A stretch of DNA of 64,000 nt from NCBI RefSeq assembly GCF_018350175.1, contig NC_058368.1, positions 165,976,001-166,040,000 of the forward strand, given 5' to 3'. How positions within the stretch are numbered: position 1 is the first letter of the stretch; each line of letters opens with the position of its first letter. A program made the translations under genes and the position numbers. The notes under the pieces were generated by a model that searched no databases, had not been told where the DNA came from, and was given only the letters and a program-made list of their open reading frames with translations. Positions 52,708 through 64,000 of the stretch are shown here, one piece after another. The stretch is from Felis catus (Eukaryota).

Positions 52708-52818
52708 TTAATTAATTTTATTTAATTTAAAAATTAATTTAAAATTTATTAAATTTATTAAAATTAATTAAAAATTAATTTAAATTTTAATTTAAAAATT
52801 AATTTAAAAATTATATTT
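52708..52818. repeat. 111-bp A/T-only low-complexity tract
   Basis: No G or C between 52707 and 52819; degenerate ttaatttaaaaa units. Confidence 0.9.
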
Positions 52819-53427
52819 GTTGTGCCTGCATTCCTTAGTACTTTTAGCTATTATATGCCTACCTTTATGTCAAGAATATATAAATTATTTTAATTTCTGG
52901 TTTAAGTTAGTTTTTAAACTTGGGGGAATTCATATAGGACATCCAAATTACCAAAATAAAACTAATGAAAACCTTGTAAGTAATGAACAAAATGTCTATT
53001 AAAAACTGAAGTCACATTCCTTACAAATTGGAGTGACAAAAGATAACACAAAATGATGCTCATTTTTGGACAAGATATGAAGAACTAACAATGCTGACAG
53101 TAGAACTATGAATTGGTTCTATGTGAAGAGTGATCTGAGCAATAGTACTTGTATCAGCAATTTTTCTAGAACTATAAAGCCTGAGGAAATAATTTTGTGC
53201 AGTTGTATGTATAAAATAAAGAAAGCAGCAGCATGGTTTATATTTATAAGAATGTAAATGAGCCTTTAGGTAAAAACTGAGAAATCTGCTACATTATGGT
53301 TTATATTCATAAAAATAATACTGTTGGGTAGTTAAAATAATTGCAAATGGTTACACTGGGGTAAAATATTTTAATTAAATCATGAGAAAAACAGATTACA
53401 GAATATATGTCATACTCTCTACCTACA

Positions 53428-53805
53428 TGTGAGGCTATTCACAGGTATTTTGGCTTTCGTTTCTTCAGACACATGGTAGAATTCATCTTTCTTATCCATT
53501 TGGAGTTGGGTGACATGACTTGATATGGCTTATTGAACATAAACAAAAGTGATATGTGTCCCTTCCAGGCAGAAGCTTAAAAAGTCAGCACATGCTTCAC
53601 TTCCTTCTCTTTTCCTCTGTCCAGGAAATAATGGTCACTCTGTCAGCTTGGATCTCAGAGTGAAGAAAATAAGTACATGAATAATGACCTTCTAGTTGAC
53701 TGATGATGGATATGTAGCTTAAGCAAGGAATTACCCCTTGGTTTTTTAAGAAACAAAATGCTGTGGTTCTTACCACAGCATAATCTAGTGAATTCTGATA
53801 TTTAC
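53428..53805 (+). mobile_element. MaLR LTR (MLT1H/I-like)
   Basis: cacatggtagaatt, catgactt, cttccaggcagaagctt and ttaccacagcataatctag motifs. Confidence 0.7.
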
Positions 53806-54144
53806 TGAAGTGTAATATCATATACATTAGAAATAAAATTATTTAGTACATCTCTTAATTTTATGGATTTTGATAGGATCAAAGAATTAGAAATAAATTT
53901 AGTGGGGCATGAAACAAAATCTTGATCTCTGACCCAGTAGTAATAAGGGGGAAAAATTAAAATCTGGATTATAAGATTTGGAAAATTTTAGATTTTTTTT
54001 TTGATTCAAAGCACTGGGTATAGAAAAATCTGGACAAAGTATAATTGGTCTATGAAATTTTACAAGTCCTCAAGACAAGAGAACACCAGAAAACCCTACC
54101 TCTGAGGTTGACATAATGGAAGAATTTAGAGGAACTTGAAGAAA

Positions 54145-54145
<1 letters not shown>

Positions 54146-54178
<33 letters not shown>

Positions 54179-54196
54179 TACCTACCTACCTATCTT
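54146..54196. repeat. (TCTA)n/(CCTA)n tetranucleotide microsatellite
   Basis: Direct reading. Confidence 0.9.
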
Positions 54197-54234
54197 ATAT
54201 ATCTCCATCTATCATGTATGTCTATTTATATGTG

Positions 54235-54462
54235 ATTTTTATTTTTTTTAATTTTTTTAATGCTTATTCATTTTTGAGACAGAGACAGAGTGCAAGCAGG
54301 GGAGGAGCAGAGAGAGAGAGGGAGAAATGAAACTCAAAACAGGCTCCAGGCCCTGCGCTGTCAGCACAGAGCCCAATGCAGGGCTCGAACCACAAACTGT
54401 GAGATCATGACTTCAGCTGACTGAAGTCGGAGGCTTAATCAACTGAGCCACCCAGGCATCCC
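54235..54462 (-). mobile_element. Can-SINE
   Basis: T-rich tail, GA-rich body, ends gagccacccaggcatccc. Confidence 0.93.
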
Positions 54463-55829
54463 TATATATAATTTTTGAAAAGCTAAAACAAATCAAGGAG
54501 GGAGTGTATGAACTGAGAATCATAACATGAAGATGTGACTAAATATCAAAATTACAGGAGTCCTATTGTCTATGCAAAATTTTTCACATTTAAAATTATC
54601 TCAAGATCCACAAAAAGCCACATTCCAATTAAAAGAAGTTAGAGAAATTCACATACCATAAAATAATAGTAATGTTTAGTTTTGGGGTTAAGAGTTTAGG
54701 TAATTCTTTTATTTATGTATGTTCTACACTTTTCACAGTGCAACTGTGATTCATAAAATATTATTTTAAAAATTCAGTGTTATTATTTGTTGTTAATAAG
54801 CAATCTGTGCACTGATTGGTTAAGGTTATAACTAATTTAGAATTTAAGTGCTCTCCAACATACTCCTTACCCTAACTGGAAAAAAAATGATAATATCTTA
54901 TAGAAACATAAATTACACTTTTACTTGGTTTTCATTTGGTGGAATAACATGAATTATAATATTATCTGGAACTGAGAATTTTGGAAGGGTGAAACCAAGA
55001 GAGTCTTAAAATTTGGGAATGGAGAAACACTGATAGATCCATTGATTTAGAGAGAGATCTTTTTGCTTGTCATTGGTATCTGAATGCCGTGTCTCTGGGA
55101 AGTATGGAGCACTGTGTTATCAGGATATTGAGCGAAAATACCGCCTCAAAAACTGGTAGACTTCTCTCTTTCAATGCAATAGTTATAGCTGTCTTATGTT
55201 TTAATTAGGGAATGATGAAGTAGAAATAGTCTGAACCAATGTATAGTCAACTGGCAAGGTGGATGAAAAACAATCTCACATTATTAGGTGGTTCCTGGGC
55301 TACTTTAGAAAAGCAACCTGTTGGAGGGAAATGGTTCTAATTCTAACTTTGGTTCTGAAGAGTGACTACTTTGTTCAAGTCACTTAAACTCTAAATCTTG
55401 TTCCTTTGTGAAATCGAGGAGTAGGCAGAGTAATTCCTTTCATACTCATATTCTGTACTCTTACTCATAATTTGAAACATAACTTAAAGCTACATGGATT
55501 CTGAGAATAAAACTGATTTTAGCACAGATCTTTGCTTGACTTTTATTTCAGGATCCAGATATCTTTAAAGAATTATAAAAACCATCCCATGAACTTTGTG
55601 TCACTTTTTACAATGCATTTTAAAAGAGGAGCTGAAGGCTGGACCTCCGACTATGTTTGGCTGTTTTAACTTATAAGTGCCTAAGCCATTTTGTCAGTTT
55701 ACAAAGAAATCATTCTTTAGCGCAAAAGAGTCACAGCCAACACTACCAACAGCAAACTCTGTACTTGCAGTTACACTGGAAGTAACAGCAACTAAAAGCA
55801 GTTACCAAATTTTGAACAATATTAAAATA

Positions 55830-56000
55830 TCAGCTATCGTGCTTTGCATTTCTGATTTACATTGTTTAGTTCTAAAAGGCAATTTTTATTTTTCCATTTT
55901 ACAGATAAGGGAAAGAGAAATGAAGATGAGTCTCTTAAAGATGAACTCACTTGCCCAAAGTCATGGAATTAATAAGCATTAGTCAGTTTTAATCCTATGG
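55830..56000 (-). mobile_element. MIR relic
   Basis: tttccattttacagataagggaa...cacttgcccaaagtca. Confidence 0.6.
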
Positions 56001-57321
56001 CTTTCCTTTGGACAATGCCGCTCCCTAAATACTCCCTAAATACTAATCCCTAAAGAAGTTTTCTTTCTGCTTTCTTACATGAAGCAAAAATTTCAGCCAC
56101 ACATTATTAGGTCAACATTGTATTGCTGTTACAGGAGAATTACTCATTTTCACGCATGTGTGTGCATTTTAATTAATCTGAGCCACTTGAGCAGCATTAA
56201 GATATGACATATCTTTCAGTAGAACTGATACCTAATGACATAGCACTGTCATTCACAAAGAGTAGATATAATTAATATTTCATAACACAAACATTTGAAC
56301 ACTTGATCATATTTTTTCTCATCTTTTTAACTGTCACATAATTTGACTTATTTTTTTGATTGTTAGATTATGCACCAATATATCTGAATAAGGTATGTTT
56401 CCTATATTCGGCAAATATTAGTCTTTAGATCTGATGGTTTTAATAACCATCCATGCCGTGAACCATTATGTTTGATATAAACAGATGACTTTGTCATAGT
56501 AATTTTTGTAAAAGGCATTTATAACTATTCCCATCCACATACATTACAGCTTTGAGATACTGCTTTTAATTAAGCTTTGATAATAAGCTTTGATAGCCAT
56601 AACTGGTCAGTACAAAGTTACTTAGGAACTATTATTTATGTTGCAGTTTTGGAAGAAAAAAACAATGGTGATAGTTAAATAACTCTTTGCTATAAAGAAA
56701 AAATACAACAGCTAAGCATGAGCAAAGTAAAAATTCTGGAGTTTAATATCATACATATAGAATATGACTATTACAATTTAGGTCAAAAGAGGATACAAAA
56801 AATTAGGACTTTATAACTCTGGAATAAACTATATTTCCCATATATAAAAAGAAAATTTTTATGACTGAATTGCAATATTTCTCAAGGTTACAGATAGGAA
56901 CATTTAGTTATTGGCTGTAGGGCATGCTCATAAAGAAAATTACCCAATACCTTAAGGAAAAAATAATTGGCTGATGTAACTTTTTTTACTCAAACTAAAA
57001 TAAGACATGGGTAATGGAGAAATGAATATTGTCGTTTTTTTTAAGTGTGGAAGTTAATAAAGAAACAAGACAAGTTAAGAAAGAGAACACAGTCCTATTT
57101 AAGACATGGTATAATTTAGGGCAGGACAACTACAAAACCTAAAACCTCTAGCGACAAAAGTTTATAAAAGAAGTATTCCTCACAATTCACCCCCATTCAT
57201 ATTCTTGCCTCTTTCAATTATCAATTTCTGTCTAGTTCAAGAAATGAATAGTTGAAAACAATTTGATTAGTTATAACTGAATCTTTTCATATTTTTATTG
57301 TAAAGGAAAAATCTCCAAATG

Positions 57322-57329
57322 TGACGTCA
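57322..57329. promoter_or_regulatory. Full palindromic CRE (TGACGTCA)
   Basis: Exact CREB/ATF consensus with CpG retained in unique sequence; function unproven. Confidence 0.3.
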
Positions 57330-57361
57330 TGTAGAAGATCATTCATTTCCTTTCTCTTTAG

Positions 57362-57457
57362 GTTCAATTCCAAAAAATAAATCAGTACAATAAGATATTT
57401 TACTGTGTCCTTCTTTCCTTGCCAAGGAACTCTTTTCCTACCTTGCACGGCTCACAG
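57362..57457 (+). other. Candidate exon (96 nt, or 31 nt from alternative acceptor at 57427)
   Basis: Acceptors tttctctttag and ttctttccttgccaag; donor CAG|gtgagg; 96-nt form open in phase 0. Confidence 0.25.
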
Positions 57458-57894
57458 GTGAGGAGAGAGGCAGGCCCTACATCAAAAATGGTGAATGTAA
57501 CCTTGTTTAAGGAAATCTTTAAAAAACAAAGCCAATTAAAGTGGCATTTTCCTACTTTGAAACTCTACCAAAATCTGGTGGAAAGGAAAAAACAAAACAA
57601 AACACTAACACTTATCACTGCAAGCAGCTGCTGTACAGAAATATTTTAAGTTCCTAAATCTTTTTTAATACATGAGCTTAAGTCATGGGATCTTAGAGGA
57701 ACTCAGATATTATGCATTTATTTTTTCTATCAGTAAATATTATTAGTGGGTGTATAAGAGGTAACTGAGTTACAAAAGTAAGATGTTTTAAAAACTATTC
57801 ATCAGCTTAAAATTATCTAATACATAAAATCAAAAAGAAGGAAACTGATTATGTTTTTCTTTCATTTCTTCACATAGATTTTACTTAGTACCCT

Positions 57895-58862
57895 TATTTT
57901 CTAACTCTATTGAGGTATAACTAAAAATAAATTTGTTTAGGGGCATCTGGGTGGCTCAGTTGCTTAAGCATTGAACTTAGGCTCAGGTCATGATCTCACA
58001 GTCTCGCATCAGGCTCTGCGCTGACAGCTTGGAGCCTGGAGCCTGCTTTGGATTCTGTGTCTCCCTCTCTCTCTGCCCCTCCCCTGTTTGCACTCCCTCC
58101 CTCCCTCCCTCTCTCTCTCTCAAAAATAAAAATAAAAACATTAATTTTTTTTTAAAGAAAAACTTTCATACTGTTTTCCATAATGGCTGTACCAATCTAT
58201 CTTCCCATCAGCAAGGTACAAGGGTTCTCTTTTTTCCCCACCCTCACCAAAATTTATTTTGTCTTCTTGATAACAATCTAACAGATGTGAGGTGGTATCT
58301 CGCTGTGGTTCCATTTGCATTTTCCTGATAATTAGTGATAATGAGCACTTTTTCATGTACATGTTGGCCACATGTATATCTTATTTGGGAAAGTATATTT
58401 CAGGCCCTTTGCCTGTTTTTAAATCAGTTTATTTTTTATTTTTATTTTTTATTTTTTTGTTATTAATTGTATGAATTCTTTATATGTTTTGGATATTAAC
58501 CCCTTATTAGATATAAAGTTTACAAGTATTTTCTCCCATTCTATATGTTGCCTTTCATTTTGTTGATGGTCAATTTTATTGTGCAGAGCTTTTTAGTTTG
58601 ATGTAGTCTCATATGTTTATTTATTTTTCCCTGTGCTTTTGAGTATCATAGCCAAAAAAAAAAAAAAAAATCATTGCCAAGACCAGTATCTAGGAGTTTT
58701 TTCCTTATCTTTTGCTCTGTGAGTTTTAGAGTATCAGGATTTATGTTTAAGTCTTTAAACTATTTCAAGCTAATTTTTGTGAGTAGTACAAAATAAGGAT
58801 TCAATTTCATTCTTTTACATGTGGGTATCTAGTTTTTCCAACACGATTTATTAAAGAGATTA
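57895..58862 (-). mobile_element. L1MA-like fragment, 3' UTR interrupted by SINE
   Basis: tattgaggtataac 3' terminus; antisense MANMYMKKCSLSLIIRKMQ ORF2 motif. Confidence 0.88.
57940..58153 (+). mobile_element. Can-SINE without evident TSD
   Basis: ggggcatctgggtggctcagtt head, CT-rich region, tail. Confidence 0.93.
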
Positions 58863-60754
58863 TAATGCTAAGCAATGCAGATACAAGTAAATATCTTTTG
58901 GACAATTCTGGAATCCCTGGGTTGAATAGGGATGGAGGAAAGAATACTTTCGGAGTTTGGCTAGAGAGTTAATGTATTACATTTATATTATACCTCACGT
59001 GTATTCTGAACTCTCTAGACAAAATTTACATAGTTCAATCTAGTTCTCAATATTGATGTTAGTACTTCCTTAAATCAACGTTGCATACATTTGATCATTT
59101 AACCTTTGATTTTCAAAGCACAAGCCAAATACTAACAACACCATCACTATACTATTTCGTAGAAGTTGGATTTCATATTCTCCACCTAGAGATTTAAGTT
59201 ATTATAAGCCAATATTAATGAACAGAATTCCAGTAGAATAAAATAATTGCCAAATAAATGAACAGGGTATGTTTCCTGTATTATAAAAATAATGTTTCAA
59301 TGTAGATCTCAGTGTGTTTGTACAGAACTCTACACTTTCAGTATAAACATAGAGTGTGATAATTGGAATTTCCAGTTCCAACTTTCAAAGATTTAAAAAT
59401 AATAATACAACTTTTCTCTCCTTTTAATTACCTAAAATGTCACTTAAATCTCACTTAGTAACAGCAGCCTAGATCTGTTCACTGCTTTCTCTATCTACAT
59501 AAGAAGTAAGACATTTTTATAACTTATCAATTTGGGGACACCGATGGAGCCCCAGAAGGCTTTAGAAACAGTAGCCTAAGCAAGGAATATCTCTCTAACC
59601 TATCTTTCTTTTTCCTTTGAATCCCAGCAAGTATGTATTAAGTCCTTTCTCTTGGGAAAAAAATATATATATACCTAATTTATACACTTTATCTTTTCTA
59701 ACTGCTTTATGAATTTTTTCCTTATGAAAATTAATAATTTATTTTGTCAAATGGATCATGCTGGAAATTCTTCACTCTTGTTTTTTTTACACTTTATTAT
59801 CAAATACACTTTATTATCTCCAATGTTTCTACTTCTCCTTTGCTTCTTTTATACAAAGAATGGTGAATGCAACCCACACTATAGTCATATTTTCAGAATG
59901 ATTACTTTTAAGTGATAAATTGTAATGTCATCTATTCTCTTCATTTCTCCTTTAAGAAGTGTCTGATTTCCTGGAGTTAATAAATTGACTCTCTATTCTG
60001 CATACACACACATACAAACATACATGTGTACATGCAAGATACACACATGTGCAAACATACACATGACTCTTCTTGAATAACAAAGTATAAGGACAACAGA
60101 TGCTTGGTGCTTAATGTCAGGTAGTGGTATATACTTCTATTTCAGTTCACTTACTTCTCCTAGCCATCCACGACAATGCACCCATAAACACTTTCACTGC
60201 AGAATAATAAATGCAGTTAAAAAAATTTTAAATCACTCTTCCCTAATCTTATAACCATATTCTCATTTACTTGTTTCAACAAAACTTTAGGATTAAATGA
60301 ATGCATGACATTTTTATGTAGTCCGAGTATCAAATAATTCTTGTTCCTAAATTCTCTTCATTGCAATTTATAATCATTGCACTTCCAATTTTACTACAGC
60401 AATCACTCAAAATCCTAGAGTTACTGTCATCTTCCTTTACAACTAGCTGCCACAAATATATTCACGTATTTCCTTGCTTTTTAATTACATTATGTATATT
60501 GGCAATAGAGAGAGAAGCCAAGCCAAAAGAAAAAAATAAATAAAAACAAAAACACTGCATGTTACATTATGTTAAACAATCCTCCTTTAACACCATCCAT
60601 TCCTGTATAAAGTATCATAGCAAAAACCACTAAGCCTTAATGAAACACATGACATTTTTAATATTAGGATGACCATATTACAAATTTGTTTCTACATCTC
60701 TAGAAGCAAGAACAGAATTCCTTTATCTTCTATCCAATAAACTATAGTATATTA

Positions 60755-60975
60755 TTGAAAAGCTAATATCTACTAGTTAGGTATTATGGTAAGAACTTCT
60801 TGCACATTTACTTATAACCTCCAAATTGATTTTATGGGGCATTTAATGTTATCTGCCCCATTTCCATCTGACATAACCAATCTTTATGGAAGTTAACTAA
60901 CTTGTCTGAATTCACCCACGTTTGGTAAATTCAGATGACAACCCAAGGTACATCTGACACAAAGGTGTATCTTCT
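60755..60975 (-). mobile_element. MIR relic
   Basis: gctaatatctactag...ccccattt...aagttaactaacttgtctgaattcac. Confidence 0.55.
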
Positions 60976-61519
60976 TAAGTGCTTTGTGATCTTAGGGATA
61001 CTGTGTTATCCTACTGTGTATCTCAGTCAAGGGTGCACTCATAGTTCTTTCTTTTTGTTCAATTAAGAACTAATAATACGTTTTTTAGCCTCTATTTATT
61101 GCTATATTAATATTGCCAAAAAATCAAGAGTTGTATTTTTCTTTTAAAAACATTGCATATTTAACCAAGTATAACAGATAAGCAACAGCAACAAAAAGCA
61201 AATGACATTTTTACTACACTATTTTAATTTAACCTGACACCTTTGAACCTTAGTGTATGAGCTCTTATTTTTTGCACAGCTTCCTTAAACACAATTTTTG
61301 TAGCTTTTTAACATATAAACGTTGAACAAAAATTTAACAATTTTTGTAGCATTCACATATAAACGTTTGTTTTATTATTTTAGGGACTCCACATTTTTAT
61401 CACTTATAAGAAAAATATTTTTGCTATTATAAAACATGTAATCATTAAGATTGTTAAAAATACATTACTATTTTTTCATTTGAAGTTTACATATGCTTTT
61501 TGACCTAATTCATAAGAAA

Positions 61520-61660
61520 AAAATTATCCTTCATTTCTAATTTTATAGATAAGGTAACTGAGAATTTCAAAAGTTTATTACCTTGCATCACACAACATAA
61601 GTAGCACTAACAGACCTGACATTGAGACCCTGATGCCTGGACCAGTGTTCTTTCTCTGAT
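61520..61660 (-). mobile_element. MIR relic
   Basis: attttatagataaggtaactgaga MIR core. Confidence 0.55.
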
Positions 61661-62682
61661 ATTATCAACTTTATATCGACACTGCAAGATACTACCTTAG
61701 GCTAATTATAGAAATACTGTGTTAATTTTAAAGGATTCCTCAAAATGCCTTTAAATCCATAGGTTTATACATACCGGTTTTCTCTTTATTTATAATTTAA
61801 AAGCTATGGGTAATTAAATCAAATGTGTAATACACTGCATCTTTCCTATTTATTTTGTTTGTATAATCTCAAGGTTTACTTAACTAAAAAAAAACTTTCA
61901 AAGAGACTTCAAGTCTTTTCTGAAGTAACTGTTGAGCTCCAGACAGACAACATTAATACAATTTATAAGATATGCTAAACATTAGCTACTAAAATCTGCT
62001 AATGCAGCATTTAAGCAGAAAAGATAGGTCAGGAAATTCAAAGTGATGACTGTGTACTATTGTTCATGCAAAACTATATTCCAAGTGACCAGGTCACCAT
62101 AGAAACTAGATATATATGTATACATAATACATATTTTCTTGACTTTATGCATTGAAACTACCAAATTATATTAGGTTTGTTTATATGCATTCTTATTTTT
62201 ATTATAAGCATGGATCAAACTGTATTCAAAGGGAGTTTAGAATACATGAGGCATACTTAGATAACCAAATGGGAGGAAAACACAGTCTGTGTCATTTCGG
62301 CGGTCACTGAAGTTTTTTCAAAGTCTTATTTGTTTTTATTTAAATTAACACTCCCTGTATATTCCATTAGGTTGGCAATATATTCAGCACAAATTTCTTA
62401 GGCTTTAAAATATGTAGGGTATTATAATATCACTTTTAAAATATATGGACCAAATTATATCTTAATAAAATATGCCTTTAGAAATTATAGTAAATATGTA
62501 CTTTTTTTCCAATCTTTTTTTTTTACTTTGTGCTTTTTGAGGGGTATTCATTTAACTCAATGAATTTATGCACATTATAATAATTGATTAAAATATTCAT
62601 TCCTTAAATAGTCTTACATCCAAATAAGATAACACATATCAAAGTAATGGTGTGTGTATAAGAAGAAAACAGTGTTTTATTA

Positions 62683-62854
62683 TTTTTTTTTATTTTAGAC
62701 AGAGGACACAAGCAGGAGGGACAGAGGGAGACAAAGAATCTCCAGCGGGTTCCATACTGAGCATGGCTCCACATGAGGCCCTAGCCCACAACCCTTGGAT
62801 CATGACCTGAGCTGCAATCAAGAGTTGGATGCTCAACTGAGACACTCGGGCACC
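62683..62854 (-). mobile_element. Older Can-SINE
   Basis: TSD ACAGTGTTTTATTA (62669-62682 / 62855-62868). Confidence 0.92.
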
Positions 62855-62967
62855 ACAGTGTTTTATTAGTTTAAAATAGCTGTTTCTCTACAGAGAAAGC
62901 TATAAAATCGGCAATATTTGAGACACTCTCTATTCTTACATCTTTCTCTGAACCCTAGTTCCTCTAC

Positions 62968-63156
62968 TAATATTTATTTATTTTGAGAAAGAAAAGGAGA
63001 GAGCTGGGGAGGGGCACAGGGAGGGAGACAGAGAATCCCAAGCAGTCTCCATGCTGTCAATGCAGAGCCCGACATGATGCTCGATCCCACCAAATGTGAG
63101 ATCATGACGTGAGCCGAAATCAAGAGTCTTAACCAACTGAGCCACTCAGATGCCTT
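62968..63156 (-). mobile_element. Older Can-SINE
   Basis: tatttatttattttgaga tail, gagatcatgacgtgagccgaaatcaagag body. Confidence 0.9.
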
Positions 63157-63557
63157 TCCAGCTTTTCTTCATAAAGCTGTCGCATCCTGTCTCTTTATAT
63201 ATTAAGCATTTTTGCCACCTATTTTGTACCCAGAATTATGCTTGGTGGTTTGAATAGAATGTGTATTATAGGTGTTCTAAGTGTTCTAGGTGTTCTAGAC
63301 ACATCTGTACACATAATGAAAAATGTTAAAATGGCAGCATGTGTAAAGGGTTGTAGAACCACATGGGAAGAGGCAAGTAGTTCTTCCTGGAAAATCCTTG
63401 AACTCTTCATAATGTAAGTTGGTTTTGATAAAATATTTGATAGATGAAGTAGGAGAGCTTCAAGTTAAGAAAATAACTGGTTCAAACGCAAAAAAGTATG
63501 AAAGATTAGCATGAGTCAACTAGAAACAATGCTGGAATCATAAATTATTTGCTATCT

Positions 63558-63659
63558 GGTGCCTGGCTGGCTCAGTTGGTAGGGCATGAGCCCCACATTG
63601 GGTATAGAGATTGCTCAAAAATAAAATCTTTAAAAAAATAAAAATAAGTAAAAATAAAT
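63558..63659 (+). mobile_element. Short, internally deleted Can-SINE
   Basis: ggtgcctggctggctcagttggtag head joined to gagccccacattgggtatagagatt and A-rich tail. Confidence 0.85.
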
Positions 63660-64000
63660 CATTTGGTATGAATGTGTTAATAATGGAGATATGAGGATGA
63701 AATTACAGGCATCATAGCAGCACTTTATCAGCTGAAGGGAAGGGAGGTTAAGGACAAGAAATTAAATAGGATCTCTAGGTGCAAAGGAAAGAATCAAGTT
63801 GTCTACTTGAACTGAATATCTATAGAAATGTATCAATCATAAAAAAGAGGGTTTTTTTCAAATTCTTGAAGGGAATACTTGAAGGGAAAAACACTCTTTC
63901 CAGATATTTTAATGCTTCTAATTCAGTTGATAATTTAAAAAATGTATATGATACACACAGTGAGGAAGGGCAGTGACATCTTCCAATAAAATACACTTCG

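Noticed and set aside
9784..58328. Recurrent ORFs containing SAQVMIS...GSVLTAQSLEP
   Set aside because: Translations of Can-SINE bodies, not a protein family.
4073..63659. tRNA-like A/B-box heads as tRNA genes
   Set aside because: All continue into SINE body, (CT)n and A tail; no standalone cloverleaf.
1..64000. CRISPR arrays, operons or prokaryotic defence systems; CpG-island promoter
   Set aside because: Mammalian DNA with no regularly spaced repeat-spacer array, no long ORFs and no CpG island.

Overview
AT-rich, CpG-depleted mammalian genomic DNA from a carnivore, almost certainly a felid: it carries about 24 tRNA-derived Can-SINEs, including young SINEC_Fc-type copies. The species and locus cannot be named from sequence alone. 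The window looks like a large intron or intergenic stretch. No complete protein-coding gene, RNA gene or CRISPR array is supported, and the supplied ORFs are explained by SINE/L1 remnants, microsatellites or chance. Content: many L1 fragments of different ages, MIR/L2 relics, MaLR/ERVL LTR relics, a MER58-like DNA transposon and one well-preserved ERV1-type solo LTR with a 4-bp TSD. Several isolated splice-site-bounded candidate exons lie in unique sequence; the best is minus-strand 49181-49291. L1/LTR orientation bias hints at a minus-strand host transcript. I could not find a convincing novel biological system. The best leads are the candidate exons/conserved elements and several retrotransposition footprints: a possible twin-primed inverted L1, a tail-only insertion, a triplicated TSD and a SINE-associated deletion. 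Repeat subfamily names are from memory of consensus sequences; boundaries without TSDs are approximate.
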